A stretch of 64,000 nt of DNA from Eledone cirrhosa (Eukaryota): NCBI GenBank assembly GCA_964016885.1, contig OZ024741.1:239816001-239880000 (forward strand), read 5' to 3'. Positions 37,507-49,582 of the stretch are shown in pieces (position 1 is the first letter of the stretch; every line of letters starts with the position of its first letter). The notes beneath the pieces are model-generated. The model was not told the origin of the DNA and ran no database searches. It worked only from the letters and a program-made list of their open reading frames with translations. The position numbers and the translations under genes were made by a program.

Positions 37507-39369
37507 ATCTATCTATCTATCTATTACTAAAACTCTGTGATTGCTTGCTTGCTTGTTTGTAATGTAATACAGCCAAAAGGGCACATAATGGGGAAATACT
37601 TTGCAAGGAAGTTGACTTTGAAATGGGAATACAAATGGAATAAAACAAGTTTTGCGTAAATCGGAGGACGGGTACCTTCATAAACAGAGAGAGAGAAGGA
37701 TAGAGAGAAAGAGATAGTGGTTGTGAGAGAGTAGATTGAAAGATAGACTTAGAGAGAGGGACAGGGGGCAGAGAAGGAGAATGGAAGAGAGAAAGAGAGA
37801 GAGAGCTGTTGGTGTTGTTGTGTGTATATATATATATATACCTGTGCAGACTGGAAAGGAACGAAGCATGCATGCTCCATTGGATGTGTAATAGTAATAT
37901 ACATGAACGGCAAAGCATAAGTGAACTAAGTGAGAAATTAGGAATAAGAGGGATCAGATGCTGTTTACTTGAGAGAAGACTACGTTGGTATGGTCACGTG
38001 ATGCGCATGAAAAACGACAGCTGTATAAAAAAGTGCAGGGCGATCAAAATTGATGGTAGTTACGGAGTAGGTAGACCCAGAAAAACCTGGGACGATCTGA
38101 TAAATTCCGACCTTACACACTTGCACCTCTCTAAGACAATGTCACTGGACCAAGAGCTTTGGCGCTACACAGTAATACAGAAGACCTGCTTTGCCTATGT
38201 ACAAAGCGAAACCTACAGTCAGTAGGCACCTCTTAACCAAATATACACCCCAATCCATTACCCCTATGCTATCCCACTCCCACCAACACCACCCTCTCTC
38301 TATAAAGTTGGTACCACAACATCCAGTCCAAATAAATGAGATAATGAGATCGAGATCGTGTAGGTGTCACGACAAAAAAAAAAACTCACAGTCCACGCTG
38401 TAATGTGGACGTGTAGGTAACACGGTAAAAAGTTCCCAGTTCCACACTGTAAATGTGGTTGGTGTTAGGAAGGGCATCCAGCCATAGAAAACATGCCAGA
38501 TAGTCCTATACGAGCTAGACATGGTCACCCAACCAACCTTGCCTCAAGTGGCACAACTCCCGTCTAACCCATGCTAGCGTGGAAGATGGACGTTAAACAA
38601 TGATGATGATGATGATGATTAATGTGTGTGTATGTATATATGTGTGTGTGTGTCTATGACCAGTGTATATAGATCACAGACACCCACATATATATACACA
38701 CACACATACATATATATATATGAATAAAGTGGTCCTTCATCAGTGATCTTCCAACCATCATCGGTATTTCTTCGCTTTAAAGACCATATACCTCCGGTTG
38801 GTGCGAGCAACGGCTAAAGAAAGTCGTTGGGACATGTAAATAAAGGGAACAGCGAGAGTGTAAACAAACAAAGATGGTGAAGCAACGAAAAGTGAGGAAG
38901 AGCGAGTCAAGTCCAAAAATTTCCATGAATATAAGTTCGGTGAAATCGTGAACGAGAGAGAATAAAGACCATCAAACCTGGTTGAAATGTGAGCAAGGAA
39001 GGAATTTCGCACAGGTCTAACGGGAGGAAGAAGGGATCTAGTCTGTGAATTCGGTAAACATAAGTTCTGTGAAATCGTAGACGAGAGAGAGAGAAAAAAT
39101 GCCGACCGGCCTGGCCAAGTGTGCGAAAGAAAAGAATTACGCACAGGTCAAACGGGAACACACACATTTATATATATTCACATACACACACATATATACA
39201 TGGGCCTTCCAGTTTCATTTCATATTATATACATGTCTGTGAATATTTTAATTATTTAAAAATTATTTTTAAGTGAACATTATTTTTAGAAAAATATCTT
39301 TAAGTGAACATTATTTTTAGAAAAATATTTTTAAGTGAACATGACCCAACTGGTCATAGGGGGGTCTAG
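37507..39369 (+). mobile_element. Non-autonomous Helitron unit 1, carrying nested insertions
   Basis: 5' tctattactaaaactctgtga; 3' atgacccaactggtcat hairpin then gggggtCTAG. Confidence 0.7.
37841..38619 (+). mobile_element. RTE 3' fragment nested in the Helitron (TA)n tract
   Basis: LERNEACMLHWMC..RRLRWYGHVMRM..GRPRKTW; (GAT)n tail. Confidence 0.9.
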
Positions 39370-39766
39370 TATATTACTAAAATTCTGTGATTGCTTGCTT
39401 GCTTGTCTGTAATGTAATACAGCCAAAAGGAGGCATAATAGGAAAATACTTTGTAAGGAAGTTGACTCTGAAATGGGAATACAAATAGAATAAAACAAGT
39501 TTCGCGTAAATCGGACCACGGGTTCCTGAGATATGGGGTTTTTCCGGGTACCTTCATAAACAGAGAGAGAGAGAGAGGGAGAGAAGGATAGAGAGAAAGA
39601 TAGTGGTTGTGAGAGACTAGATTGAAAGAAGGACATAGAGAGAGGGAGAGGAGACAGAGAAGGAGAGTGGAAGAGATAGAGAGCTGGTGTATACATGTCT
39701 GTATATTTTAATTATTTACAAATTATTTTTAATGGAACATGACCCAAAGGATCACGGGTGGTCGAG
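39370..39766 (+). mobile_element. Non-autonomous Helitron unit 2, head-to-tail with unit 1
   Basis: Same 5' body as 37517; ends gacccaaaggatcacgggtggtcgag. Confidence 0.7.
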
Positions 39767-39888
39767 TATATATATATATACATACACACATATATATATA
39801 TGTATATATATACATACATACACACTCACACACACATATATATATAAATAAATATATATATACATACATACACACTCACATATATATA

Positions 39889-39963
39889 CAGGGTGTCCTA
39901 AAAATGTATACACACTTTCACAGCATTCTAATCAGTGTGTATACATTTCTTTGGGACACCCTG
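39889..39963. mobile_element. Tc1/mariner-type mini-MITE
   Basis: TA|cagggtgtcc...ggacaccctg|TA; related single ends at about 30-73 and 3375-3418. Confidence 0.85.
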
Positions 39964-40067
39964 TATATATAGAAACACACACAAGCATACACATATAGAA
40001 ACACACACAAGCATACACATATATAAACACACACACAGGCATGTATATATAAACACACACATATATA

Positions 40068-40380
40068 TGGAGTCACTCCGTTGGTTACAACTACAAGTGT
40101 TCCAGTTGATACTATCAACGGAACAGCCTATTCGTGAAATTAACGAGCAAGTGGCTGAGCATTCCACTGACACGCATACCTTCTAAGTAGTTCTAAGGGA
40201 GATTCAGTGTGACACTGTGTGTGACAAGGATGGTCCTTCGAATTACAGCTACAACTCATTTTTGCAAGCTGAGTAAACCAGAGCAATGTGAAGTAAAGTA
40301 TCTTGCTCAAGGACACGATACGTCGGGGGGAATCGAACTCACAACCTTACGATTGTGAGCCGAATACCCTAACCACGCAC
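40068..40380 (-). mobile_element. tRNA-derived SINE family B (tRNA-Val(CAC)-like head)
   Basis: Minus strand gcgtggttagggtattcggctcacaatcgtaaggttgtgagttcgattccc, then gtgtccttgagcaag core. Confidence 0.8.
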
Positions 40381-40384
40381 TTTC

Positions 40385-40425
40385 ACACATAAATACACAT
40401 ACAAACACGCACACATTCACCCACA

Positions 40426-40511
<86 letters not shown>

Positions 40512-40845
40512 CACAAACACATACACATGCTCACACACACATATACAAGCACACAGGCACACATACATATATAAACACACACACACGAACATATAAACAC
40601 ACACACATATATAAATAAACATGCACACACACACACACACACACATAAACACACACATACATATATATATAAACACACATAGATACAAACACACGCACAC
40701 ATATATATATAGAGACATACAAACACGTACACATATTTATACACACACACACAAATATATATAAACACACACATATATTACACGCACACACACACATACA
40801 CACATATATATATACACACACATATACATATAAACACACTCATAT
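40385..40845. repeat. Compound (CA)n/(TA)n microsatellite
   Basis: Direct reading. Confidence 0.95.
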
Positions 40846-40924
40846 ATAGTCACTTTACTGTGAAACCCAATATTAAAACATTTTTCTACCCCCTACAATT
40901 CTTTTGTCACTTTTTCTCAAAATA

Positions 40925-42290
40925 TTACCCCTCTCTCACTGAAACATAACACCATTCTCACCCTCTCACAATTCTCCCTCTCTCTATATACCATTACATA
41001 CCTCACTCCTCTCACTTCTTTAATTTCCACTCTCTCATTAAACCACCAAATTCTCCCCCCCCTGTCTCTATCCTACTACATACCTCACTCTCTCTCAAAA
41101 TTCCCCCTCTCTCACTAGACCACAAAATTCACTTATCTTCTCTATATCTCACTACATACCTCAATCTCTCTTACAATTTCCCCTCTTGCACTAAAGCAAC
41201 AAACGCTCTCCCCCTCTCTATGTTCCACTACATATCTCACTCTCTCTCTCAATTCCCCCTCTCTCACCAGGCCAATAAACTCTCTCCCCCCTCTCTGTAA
41301 CCCAATACATACCTCACTCTCGCTCACAATTCCGCCTCTCTCACTAGATGACCAAATTCTCCCCCCTCTCTATATTTCACTACATACCTCACTCTCTTTC
41401 ACTCTCACAATACCCTCTCACTAAACCAACAAATTCTCTCCCACTTTCTATAACCCACTACATACCTCACTTTCTCTCTCACTAAACCAACAAATTTTCT
41501 CCCGCTCTCTATATTCCCTACATACCTCACTCACTCTGACAATTTCCCCTCTCTCACTAGACCACTAAATTCTCTCCCACTTTCTATAACCCACTACATA
41601 CCTCACTTTCTCTCTCACTAAACCAACAAATTTTCTCCCGCTCTCTATATTCCACTACATACCTCACTCACTCTGACAATTTCCCCTCTCTCACTAGACC
41701 ACTAAATTCTCTCCCCATCTCTATATCTCACTTTCTCCCTCAATCCCCCTCTCTCACTAAACCAACAAACTCTGCCCCCTCACTCTGTGCCACTACATAC
41801 CTCACTTTCTTACAATTTCCCCTCTCACACTAGACCACCAATCATTATCTCTCTCTATATATCCTATTACATACCTCACTCTCCCACAATTCTCCTTATC
41901 TCACTAGACCACCAAATTCTCTACCCCTCTCTATATACCACAACATACATCACTCTCTCTCTCTCACTTTTATAATTTCCTCTCTCTCATTAAACCAACA
42001 AACTCTCTCCCTCTCTCTCTCTTTCTATTCTACTACATATCTCACTTCTCTCACAATTCCCTCTCTATATATCTCACTACATACCTCACTCTCTCACTAA
42101 AACACCAAACTCTCTCCCCCTCACTCTATACCACTACATACCTCACTCTCTCTCTCAATTCCCTCTCTCTCACTAGACTACCAAATTCTCTCCTCTCTCT
42201 CTATATTTCACTACTTAATCCACTCTCTTTATTCCCTCACTCACACTAAACCAAAAAAGTATCGCCTGCTCTCTATATCCCACTACAATA
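40925..42290. repeat. Pyrimidine-rich minisatellite, about 60-80-bp units
   Basis: Recurrent ctacatacctcact...ctctcactagaccaccaaattctc; near-exact higher-order repeat 41430-41570 / 41570-41710. Confidence 0.9.
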
Positions 42291-42566
42291 TATTTTTTAC
42301 TTTGAAACAACAAATGTTTTCATCTTCTGTAAAGAATGACAAAGTTCTCCATCCCCTCACCTTTTGAACCCCTGGGGTGTGAGGGAGATCTTTATTTTTT
42401 GGTGGTGTGCTTTTGCTGAAGTATTTGACAGGAGTTCAAAATATGTGATGCTGAAGGGTGGTGGTGTGTTGGTGTTGAGAGTAGCATGGTGATGATGATA
42501 GTGGTGGTGTAGAGGATGGTGGTGGTGGTGGTAGTGTTTGTTTATTTTGAATATATCTATTTATTT

Positions 42567-43047
42567 ATCTATTTACTACTAAAACTCTGTGATTGTGTGC
42601 TTGTCTGTAATGAAATACAGCCAAAATGGTGCATAATGGGAAAATACTTTGAAAGGAAGTTTCCTTTAAAATGGGAATACAAATGGAATAAAACAAGTTT
42701 CGCGTAAATCGGAGCACAGGTTCCCGAGATATGGGTTTTTTCCGGGTACCTTCCTAAATAGAGAGAGAGAAAGAGATAGTGGCTGTGTGTGTGTGAGAGA
42801 GAGAGAGAGAAGGAAAATGGAAGATATGGAGAGAGAGAGCTGGTGGTGTTGTTGAATGAAATTATAACCGGTGACTTCAAAGGATCGAATACAGCATTAC
42901 TGTATCCTGCTAAATAGGAAAGGTTTCTAAGTGTGTGTGTGTGTATATGTATATATATATATTCATTGATAAAAGATCAGAGGCCATATTCAGTTGACTC
43001 AGGTTTATTTAAAACTCCGTTATACATATTTTACTGAGGTGGTCTAG
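42567..43047 (+). mobile_element. Non-autonomous Helitron unit 3 (5' body plus terminal ggtggtCTAG)
   Basis: Same 5' body as 37517 and 39370; the 3' terminus abuts the Penelope sequence; subterminal hairpin not clear. Confidence 0.55.
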
Positions 43048-43454
43048 TCTCATATAAAACTCCGGATGTGTTTGATGAGAGGTTTTAATAAGATTTCAAG
43101 GAAATTACTAAGTCGATGTTTCTTACAAATTGGGCCTGCTATTATGGATCTTGTTTTTAAATCGATTGGTGTGGGTATATTTACACAGTTTGTTTTCATC
43201 GTGCTGTATGTTTCATTAATTAGTTTATGTTTGTGCTCTTTAGACAGGTCATACAGATTGCTTTACTTCTAAAATTCGTGAGATAGTCAAATTCCTTGTC
43301 TGTTAGGCAGGTTTGGTATGGGTGTAGTAAATCAGTGAGTTGTTTCATCACCTTATGATGTTTGTACACCTTGGCTTCTTCATAGTATGCATTGTCTCAT
43401 AGCATGTTCTGTATAGTGTTTTTGTAATGGTTTGTGTCCATAATGACAACTGAG
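43048..43454 (-). mobile_element. Penelope-like element RT, upstream part
   Basis: Manual translation: SVVIMDTNHY..LTDKEFDYLTNF..LKTRSIIAGP..HRLSNFLEILLKPLIKHIRSFI. Confidence 0.8.
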
Positions 43455-43455
43455 A

Positions 43456-44658
43456 ATCTGAGCTCTATTTTCCTTTCTACATACTAGGACTTTAGTCTTA
43501 AACAAGTTTACTTTAGGACCTTTTGATTCTAGGCCAAGCTTCCAGGTTTGGAATTTCTTCTCTGAATCTGCATTAGTTTCAACTATGAGGGTTAGATCAT
43601 CTGCATACAAAAGTTTCCATGGGCAGCCAGTCTTAAACTCTTCTGTTATAGCCTGCAGAGCAATAATAAACAGGAGAGGGCTAAGGACAGAGCCCTGATG
43701 CACACCTACCTGTATGCTAAATTCTTCACTATAGTCATTGTTAATTCTAACCTTGCTGACTGTTCCACTATACATGGATTGTATAGCTTTCACAAGCCAC
43801 TCATCTACTCTTGGAATGTGGGACTCTGTCAAAGGCTTTCTCCAAGTCAAAAGCTAAGTAGATGGGTTTACTTTGAGCTAGGTACTTCTCTTGCAGTTGC
43901 CTTATGAGGAAGAGAGCAACTGTGGTATTTTTACTTGGCACAAATCTAAACTACATTTCATCAAGTTTAATTTTATCCATAATCAGCTGTGACCTTCATG
44001 ACCTGGTCAACTAACTTAGTGCCTCAATAGTTTTCTCTGCCTAGAGCATCTCCTTTGCCCTTGCAGCAGTTGACGATGCTGTTGCTACACCAGTATGACA
44101 CCATTTTGTATTACTTGGTTTACTATAAGGGTGACTATGGTGTGACTGTTCCAGTCGCTTTCAGCATCTCAGCAACTATCTCCAAAGGACCAGCTGCCTT
44201 GCCTGTCTTCATATCTTTGCTTACTATAGTACTACTAACTTGCACAGTCAGTTGCTCTGTTGGGTCAACTTGTGGCAGATTGTCTTCATCCCATTCATTC
44301 TCCTCATTTAGTAGTCTTTCATAGTGGCACTTCCATGCTACCTTCTTTTCAGCATCAGTGAGGGCAAGTACTTCGTTAACATCATGAACACACTTCTCAA
44401 CAATATCATAATTTTCCTTGACACATTGTCTTGCAATCCTGAACACCTCACACCTCAAACCTTTGGTCTTTGCATTGCAAAACATGATTAAATTTTTTAT
44501 CTTCTGCTTCCACTCTTGCAAAGTACACTTGTCGTCTAGCTTCTCTTATAGCTACCTGGTAGTGTTCTCTACTTCCTCCATCCCTCCATTCTTTCCTCGC
44601 CCATTTTAGCCTTGTCGCCTCCACCCTACTGTTTCACCACCAAGTCACTCCCCTTCTG
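43456..44658 (-). mobile_element. Degraded RTE LINE RT region, same family as 46577-49508
   Basis: VGVHQGSVLSPLLF, LLYADDL, MKTGKAAGP. Confidence 0.88.
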
Positions 44659-44664
44659 CCTAGA

Positions 44665-45240
44665 AGCTTGGTCCAGTCACAAATTTCCTTAAGGTTGTCC
44701 TTAAGGGCGAATCTACCAGGCCGTCGTTCACACTGCCCTCTTCTATGGCTGTGAAACATGGCCTATGAGGGTAGTCGATCAACAAGGGCTGGAGGTCTTC
44801 GACAATGACTGACTCCACCACATTCTTTGCTGTCGACGCGTTGATCGGGTACCTACTGCCAGTCTTCGTCTTCGCCTGAATCTTCAACTCCTTCCTTCAG
44901 TGCTTCTGCAACGGCGCTTGAGATGGTTTGGTCACGCAGCCCGGTGCCCTGAGGGTGAGCTGATCTGCGATGTTCTCCTCCCACCTCCACTCTCTAACTA
45001 GCACAAACACGTTGCGAGCAGCTGAAGACCTGGTCAACGACGATCAAGGAGGACCTCTCCGAACTCTCAGGTCCGCAGGTGGATGGCCTGTGCCGATTGA
45101 ACCATGACTGGCTCGCTATCTTCTGTGACCTAGCCCGGGACCATCGTGTGTGGGCTGCCATGGTTTGGGATGCCGTCAGGACAAGGGAAGAAGCCGGCTC
45201 AACCCGTCCAGGGTGAATGTCGACACAAGTACAAGTAAGT
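44665..45240 (+). mobile_element. 3' end of a distinct RTE-like LINE with (CAAGTA) tail
   Basis: Manual translation: GRIYQAVVHTALFYGCETWPM..LEVFDN, LRWFGHAAR; tail acaagtacaagtaagt. Confidence 0.8.
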
Positions 45241-46303
45241 ACTATACTATATATTTTCAACAGTAATACTATATTTTCAACAGTAATACTATATTTTCAA
45301 CAGTAATACTATATTTTCAACAGTAATACTATACTTTCAACAGTAATACTATACTATACTATATATTTTCAACAGTAATACTGTATTATATATTTTCAAC
45401 AGTAATACTATATTTTCAACAGTAATACTGTACTATATATTTTCAACAGTAATACTATACTTTCAACAGTAATACTATACTATATATTTTCAACAGTAAT
45501 ACTGTACTATATATTTTCGACAGTAATACTGTACTATATATTTTCAACAGTAATACTGTACTATATATTTTCAACAGTAATACTATATTTTCAACAGTAA
45601 TACTATACTATACTATATATTTTCAACAGTAATACTATATTTTCAACAGTAATACTATATTTTCAACAGTAATACTATACTATACTATATATTTTCAACA
45701 GTAATACTGTACTATATATTTTCAACAGTAATACTATACTAAATATTTTCAACAGTAATACTGTACTATATATTTTCAACAGTAATACTATACTTTCAAC
45801 AGTAATACTATACTATACTATATATTTTCAGCAGTAATACTGTACTACACTATATATTTTCAACAGTGATACTATACTATATATTTTTAACAGTAATACT
45901 GTACTATATATTTTCAACAGTGATACTATACTATATATTTTTAACAGTAATACTGTACTATATATTTTCAACAGTAATACTATACTATATATTTTCAACA
46001 GTAATACTATACTATATATTTTTAACAGTAATACTGTACTATATATTTTCAACAGTAATACTGTACTATATATTTTCAACAGTAATACCCTATTTTCAAC
46101 AGTAATACTGTACTATATGTTTTCAACAGTAATACTATATATTTTCAACAGTAATACTATATGTTTTCAAGAGTAATACTGTACTATATATTTTCAACAG
46201 TAATACTATACTATACTATATGTTTTCAACAGTAATACTATACTATATATTTTCAGCAGTAATACTGTACTATACTATATATTTTCAACAGTAATACTAT
46301 ACT
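45240..46303. repeat. Minisatellite with variable 20-32-bp units around tattttcaacagtaatact
   Basis: Roughly 40 tandem copies differing in the number of atact/gtact pentamers. Confidence 0.95.
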
Positions 46304-46576
46304 AGACAGACAGCTTATCGTCTGTTTATCCAAGCGAAGCTAGGTACGTCAGCTATATATATATATGGATGCCGTAGAACACGTCAATGGTAGCCAGGCG
46401 CCAGCCGGACGGGCCAGATAGTACTTTATAAATAACAATCAAAGAGTGTTTAGAACATTTAATCACTTACGATCATATAAAGTATTTCAGCTCTGTAACA
46501 TACTTGTTATTTTACATTGAGCTATTCTCATACTTGTAATTGGATAATATTTAATATTACCCACATTATATATATA

Positions 46577-49508
46577 TCATCATCATCGTTTAACGTCCAT
46601 GTTCCACGCTTGCATGGGTTTGGACGGGAATTTTCCCACTTGAGGCAAGAGTGGTTGACTTGCTCGCATAGGACTGTCTGGCCGGTTTTCTACAGCTGGA
46701 TGCCCTTCCTAACACCAACCACATTTACAGTGTGGGGCTGGGAGGTTTTTACCGTGTTGCCTACACGGCTACATTACAGCGTGGACTGTGTTTTTTTTTG
46801 TCGTGACACCTACACGATCTCATTTGTTTCGGCCTGGATGTTGTGGCACCAACATAACTTTACATTGAAGGGGCGGTGTGGATGTGGTGGGGGTGGTGGG
46901 ACGGGGGTGTATTTTGTTAGAGATGCCTACTGACTGTAGTAGGTTTTACTTTGTATTTAGGTAAGGCGGGTCTTCTCTATTACTGAGTACCGCCAAAGGT
47001 CTCGGTCCAGTGACATTGTCTTGGAGAGGTGTAAGTGTGTGAGGTCGGAATTTATCAGCTCGTCCCAGGTTTTTCTGGGTCTGCCTACTCCGTGGCTACC
47101 GTCTATCTTTATTGCCCTGCACTTTGTTATACAGCTGTCGTCTTTCATGCGCATCACGTGACCATACCAACGTAGCCTTCTCTCGAGTAAACAGCATCTG
47201 ATCACTCTTATTTCTAATTTTTTCCTTAGTTCGTTTATGCTTTGCCGTTCACGTATATTACTATTACACATCCAGCGGAGCATGCAAGCTTCGTTCCTCT
47301 CTAGTCTGCGTATATCCTCTGCACACAATGCCCAGGTCTCAATGCCATGCAACATTGCTGTTCGTATGCAGGCATCATACAACCTGCCTTTCATTTTTAG
47401 GGAGAACCCTTTAGCGGCTAATAGTGGTATAAGCTCTCTGAACTTTTTCTATCCAGTTCTGACTCTAGCTACTGTACTTTCAGAGCACCCTCCCCCACTG
47501 CTGATTTTGTCACCCAGGTAACGGAAGCTGTCCACTATTTCTATAGAACCCTCTGCACAATTGAAAGAGCTAGTATTTTGTGGGCACTTGCTGCTACTTA
47601 TTGCACCAGAGCACCGGCCACATGTAAAATCTATGTTCTTAGTTAGCTTACCTGTGATCCCACTACATCTTTTATGCACCCATACTTTGCATTTGGGACA
47701 TAAAATGGAGTTTCTACCTACACCTTTCCTACACACTGAGCATGGCCACTTCCCAGAAGGGACCGCTGCCTTATTTTCTTTCTTACAAACTAGAACTTTA
47801 GTCTTAGCCAGGTTAATTTTAAGGCCTTTTGCTTCCATGTTTGGAATCTCTTCTCTAGCTCGGCCATTGATTCAGCTATGAGCATTAGATCATCTGCATA
47901 TAGGAGTTCCCATGGGCAGCCGGTCTTGAACTCCTCTGTTATAGCCTGAAGGGCAATAATAAATAGTAGGGGCTAAGAACAGAGCCCTGATGGACACCAA
48001 CTTTTACGCTAAACTCTTCACTATATTCATTGTTAATTCTAACCTTGCTGACTGTTTCTTTATACATGGCTTGTATAGCTCTCACAAGCCATTCGTCAAC
48101 ACCTAGTTTTCTAAGAGCCCACCAGATAATGGAACGGGGGACTCTGTCGAAGGCTTTCTCCAAGTCGACAAAAGCTAAGTATAGGGGTTTACTTTTAGCT
48201 AGGTACTTCTCCTGTAGTTGTCGTACAATGAAAAGAGCATCTGTGGTACTTTTGCCTGACACAAACCCGAACTGCATTTCATCTAGATCAATTCTCTCTC
48301 TGATTAGTTGCGCTATTACTTTTTCCGTGACCTTCATGACCTGGTCGATTAATTTAATGCCTCGATAGTTACTCCTATCTAGGGCATCTCCTTTACCCTT
48401 ATAACAGTTAATGATGATGCTGCTACGCCAGTCCTTCGGAACAACCCCATTCTGTATGACTTGGTTTACTATCCGGGTGACCATGGTGTGTCCCACCGTT
48501 CCAGATGCCTTCAGCATCTCAGCAACTATTTCCGAAGGCCCAGCCGCCTTACCCGTCTTCATATCTTTGATTGCCTTACTTATTATACTACCCTCGACTA
48601 ACACTGCTGGTCCCTCTATTGGGTCGATGTGGGGGAAACTGTCTTTCTCCCATTTATTCTCCTCATTTAGTAGCCTTTCGTAGTGACACTTCCAAGCTAC
48701 CTTCTTATTAGCGGCAAGCACGCCATCATCATTAAGTACGCACTTCTCCCCGACAATATCACGGTTTTCCTTGACACATTGCCTAGCAATCCTGAACACC
48801 TCACGTTTTTGGTCCTCGCGTTGTAGAACATGCTTGAACTTTCTTTCCTCTGCTTCCCTTCTTGTGAAGTACACTTGTCTCCTAGCTTCCCTCCTGGCCA
48901 CTTGATAGTCTTCTCTACTTCCCCCATCCTGCCATACTTTCCAAGCCTGCTTTTTGGCCTTAATTGACCCCTCCACCTTACTGTTCCACCACCATGTTAC
49001 TCTCCTCCTACCTACAGGCCTGCTCCAGCCACAGACTTCATCTGCCGCCATCAGCAGGTTTGCTTTCAGGAATTCCCACTGTTCCTCTATATTGTACGAC
49101 TCTAATTGCTCTTCCTTACTGTCGAAAGCATCAAGTAGTATGCTTTTAAATTTATTTCTGGCTGTGGGGTCCTTTAGCTTCCATATTTTTCTCCTGAGGA
49201 TAGTCCTCTTCTGTTGTCTAGTACGTCTCGTCCTGACTATTAGGTCGCTAATTATCAGTCTATGTTGGGAGGTGCATTCTTCATGGGGGAGGGATTTAGT
49301 GTTTACAACAGACACTCTGTCACGTCTTCTGGTAAGGATATAATCTACCTGGCTTGTGTGTTCCCCCGATCTATAGGTGATCAGGTGATTGTCTCGTTTT
49401 TTGAAGTTAGTGTTACAGATAGTTAGGTTATTTGCGTCACAGAATTCCAGGATTCTGGAGCCTTCCTCATTTCTAGTACCAAACCCATAGCCTCCATGGA
49501 TTCCGTCG
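46577..49508 (-). mobile_element. RTE-clade LINE, 5'-truncated, about 2.9 kb (APE C-half, RT, PHD-type finger), few lesions
   Basis: GFGTRNEEG..LEFC, SQVDYIL, SQHRLI, NYRGIKL, QFGF, AFVDLEKAFDRVPR, GVHQGSVLSP, LLYADD, GRPRKTW; (GAT)n tail; (TA)n flanks. Confidence 0.95.
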
Positions 49509-49521
49509 TATATATATATAA

Positions 49522-49553
<32 letters not shown>

Positions 49554-49582
49554 AAATACACATATATATGTATATATATATA

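Noticed and set aside
40305-40380. tRNA-Val gene
   Set aside because: Acceptor stem is not intact and the sequence continues into a SINE core.
40307-40839. Cys/Val-rich ORFs (also 39739-40186, 21500-21802, 8625-9008)
   Set aside because: Translations of (CA)n/(TA)n microsatellites.
45240-46303. CRISPR-like array
   Set aside because: No unique spacers, only variable pentamer counts; eukaryotic context and no cas genes.
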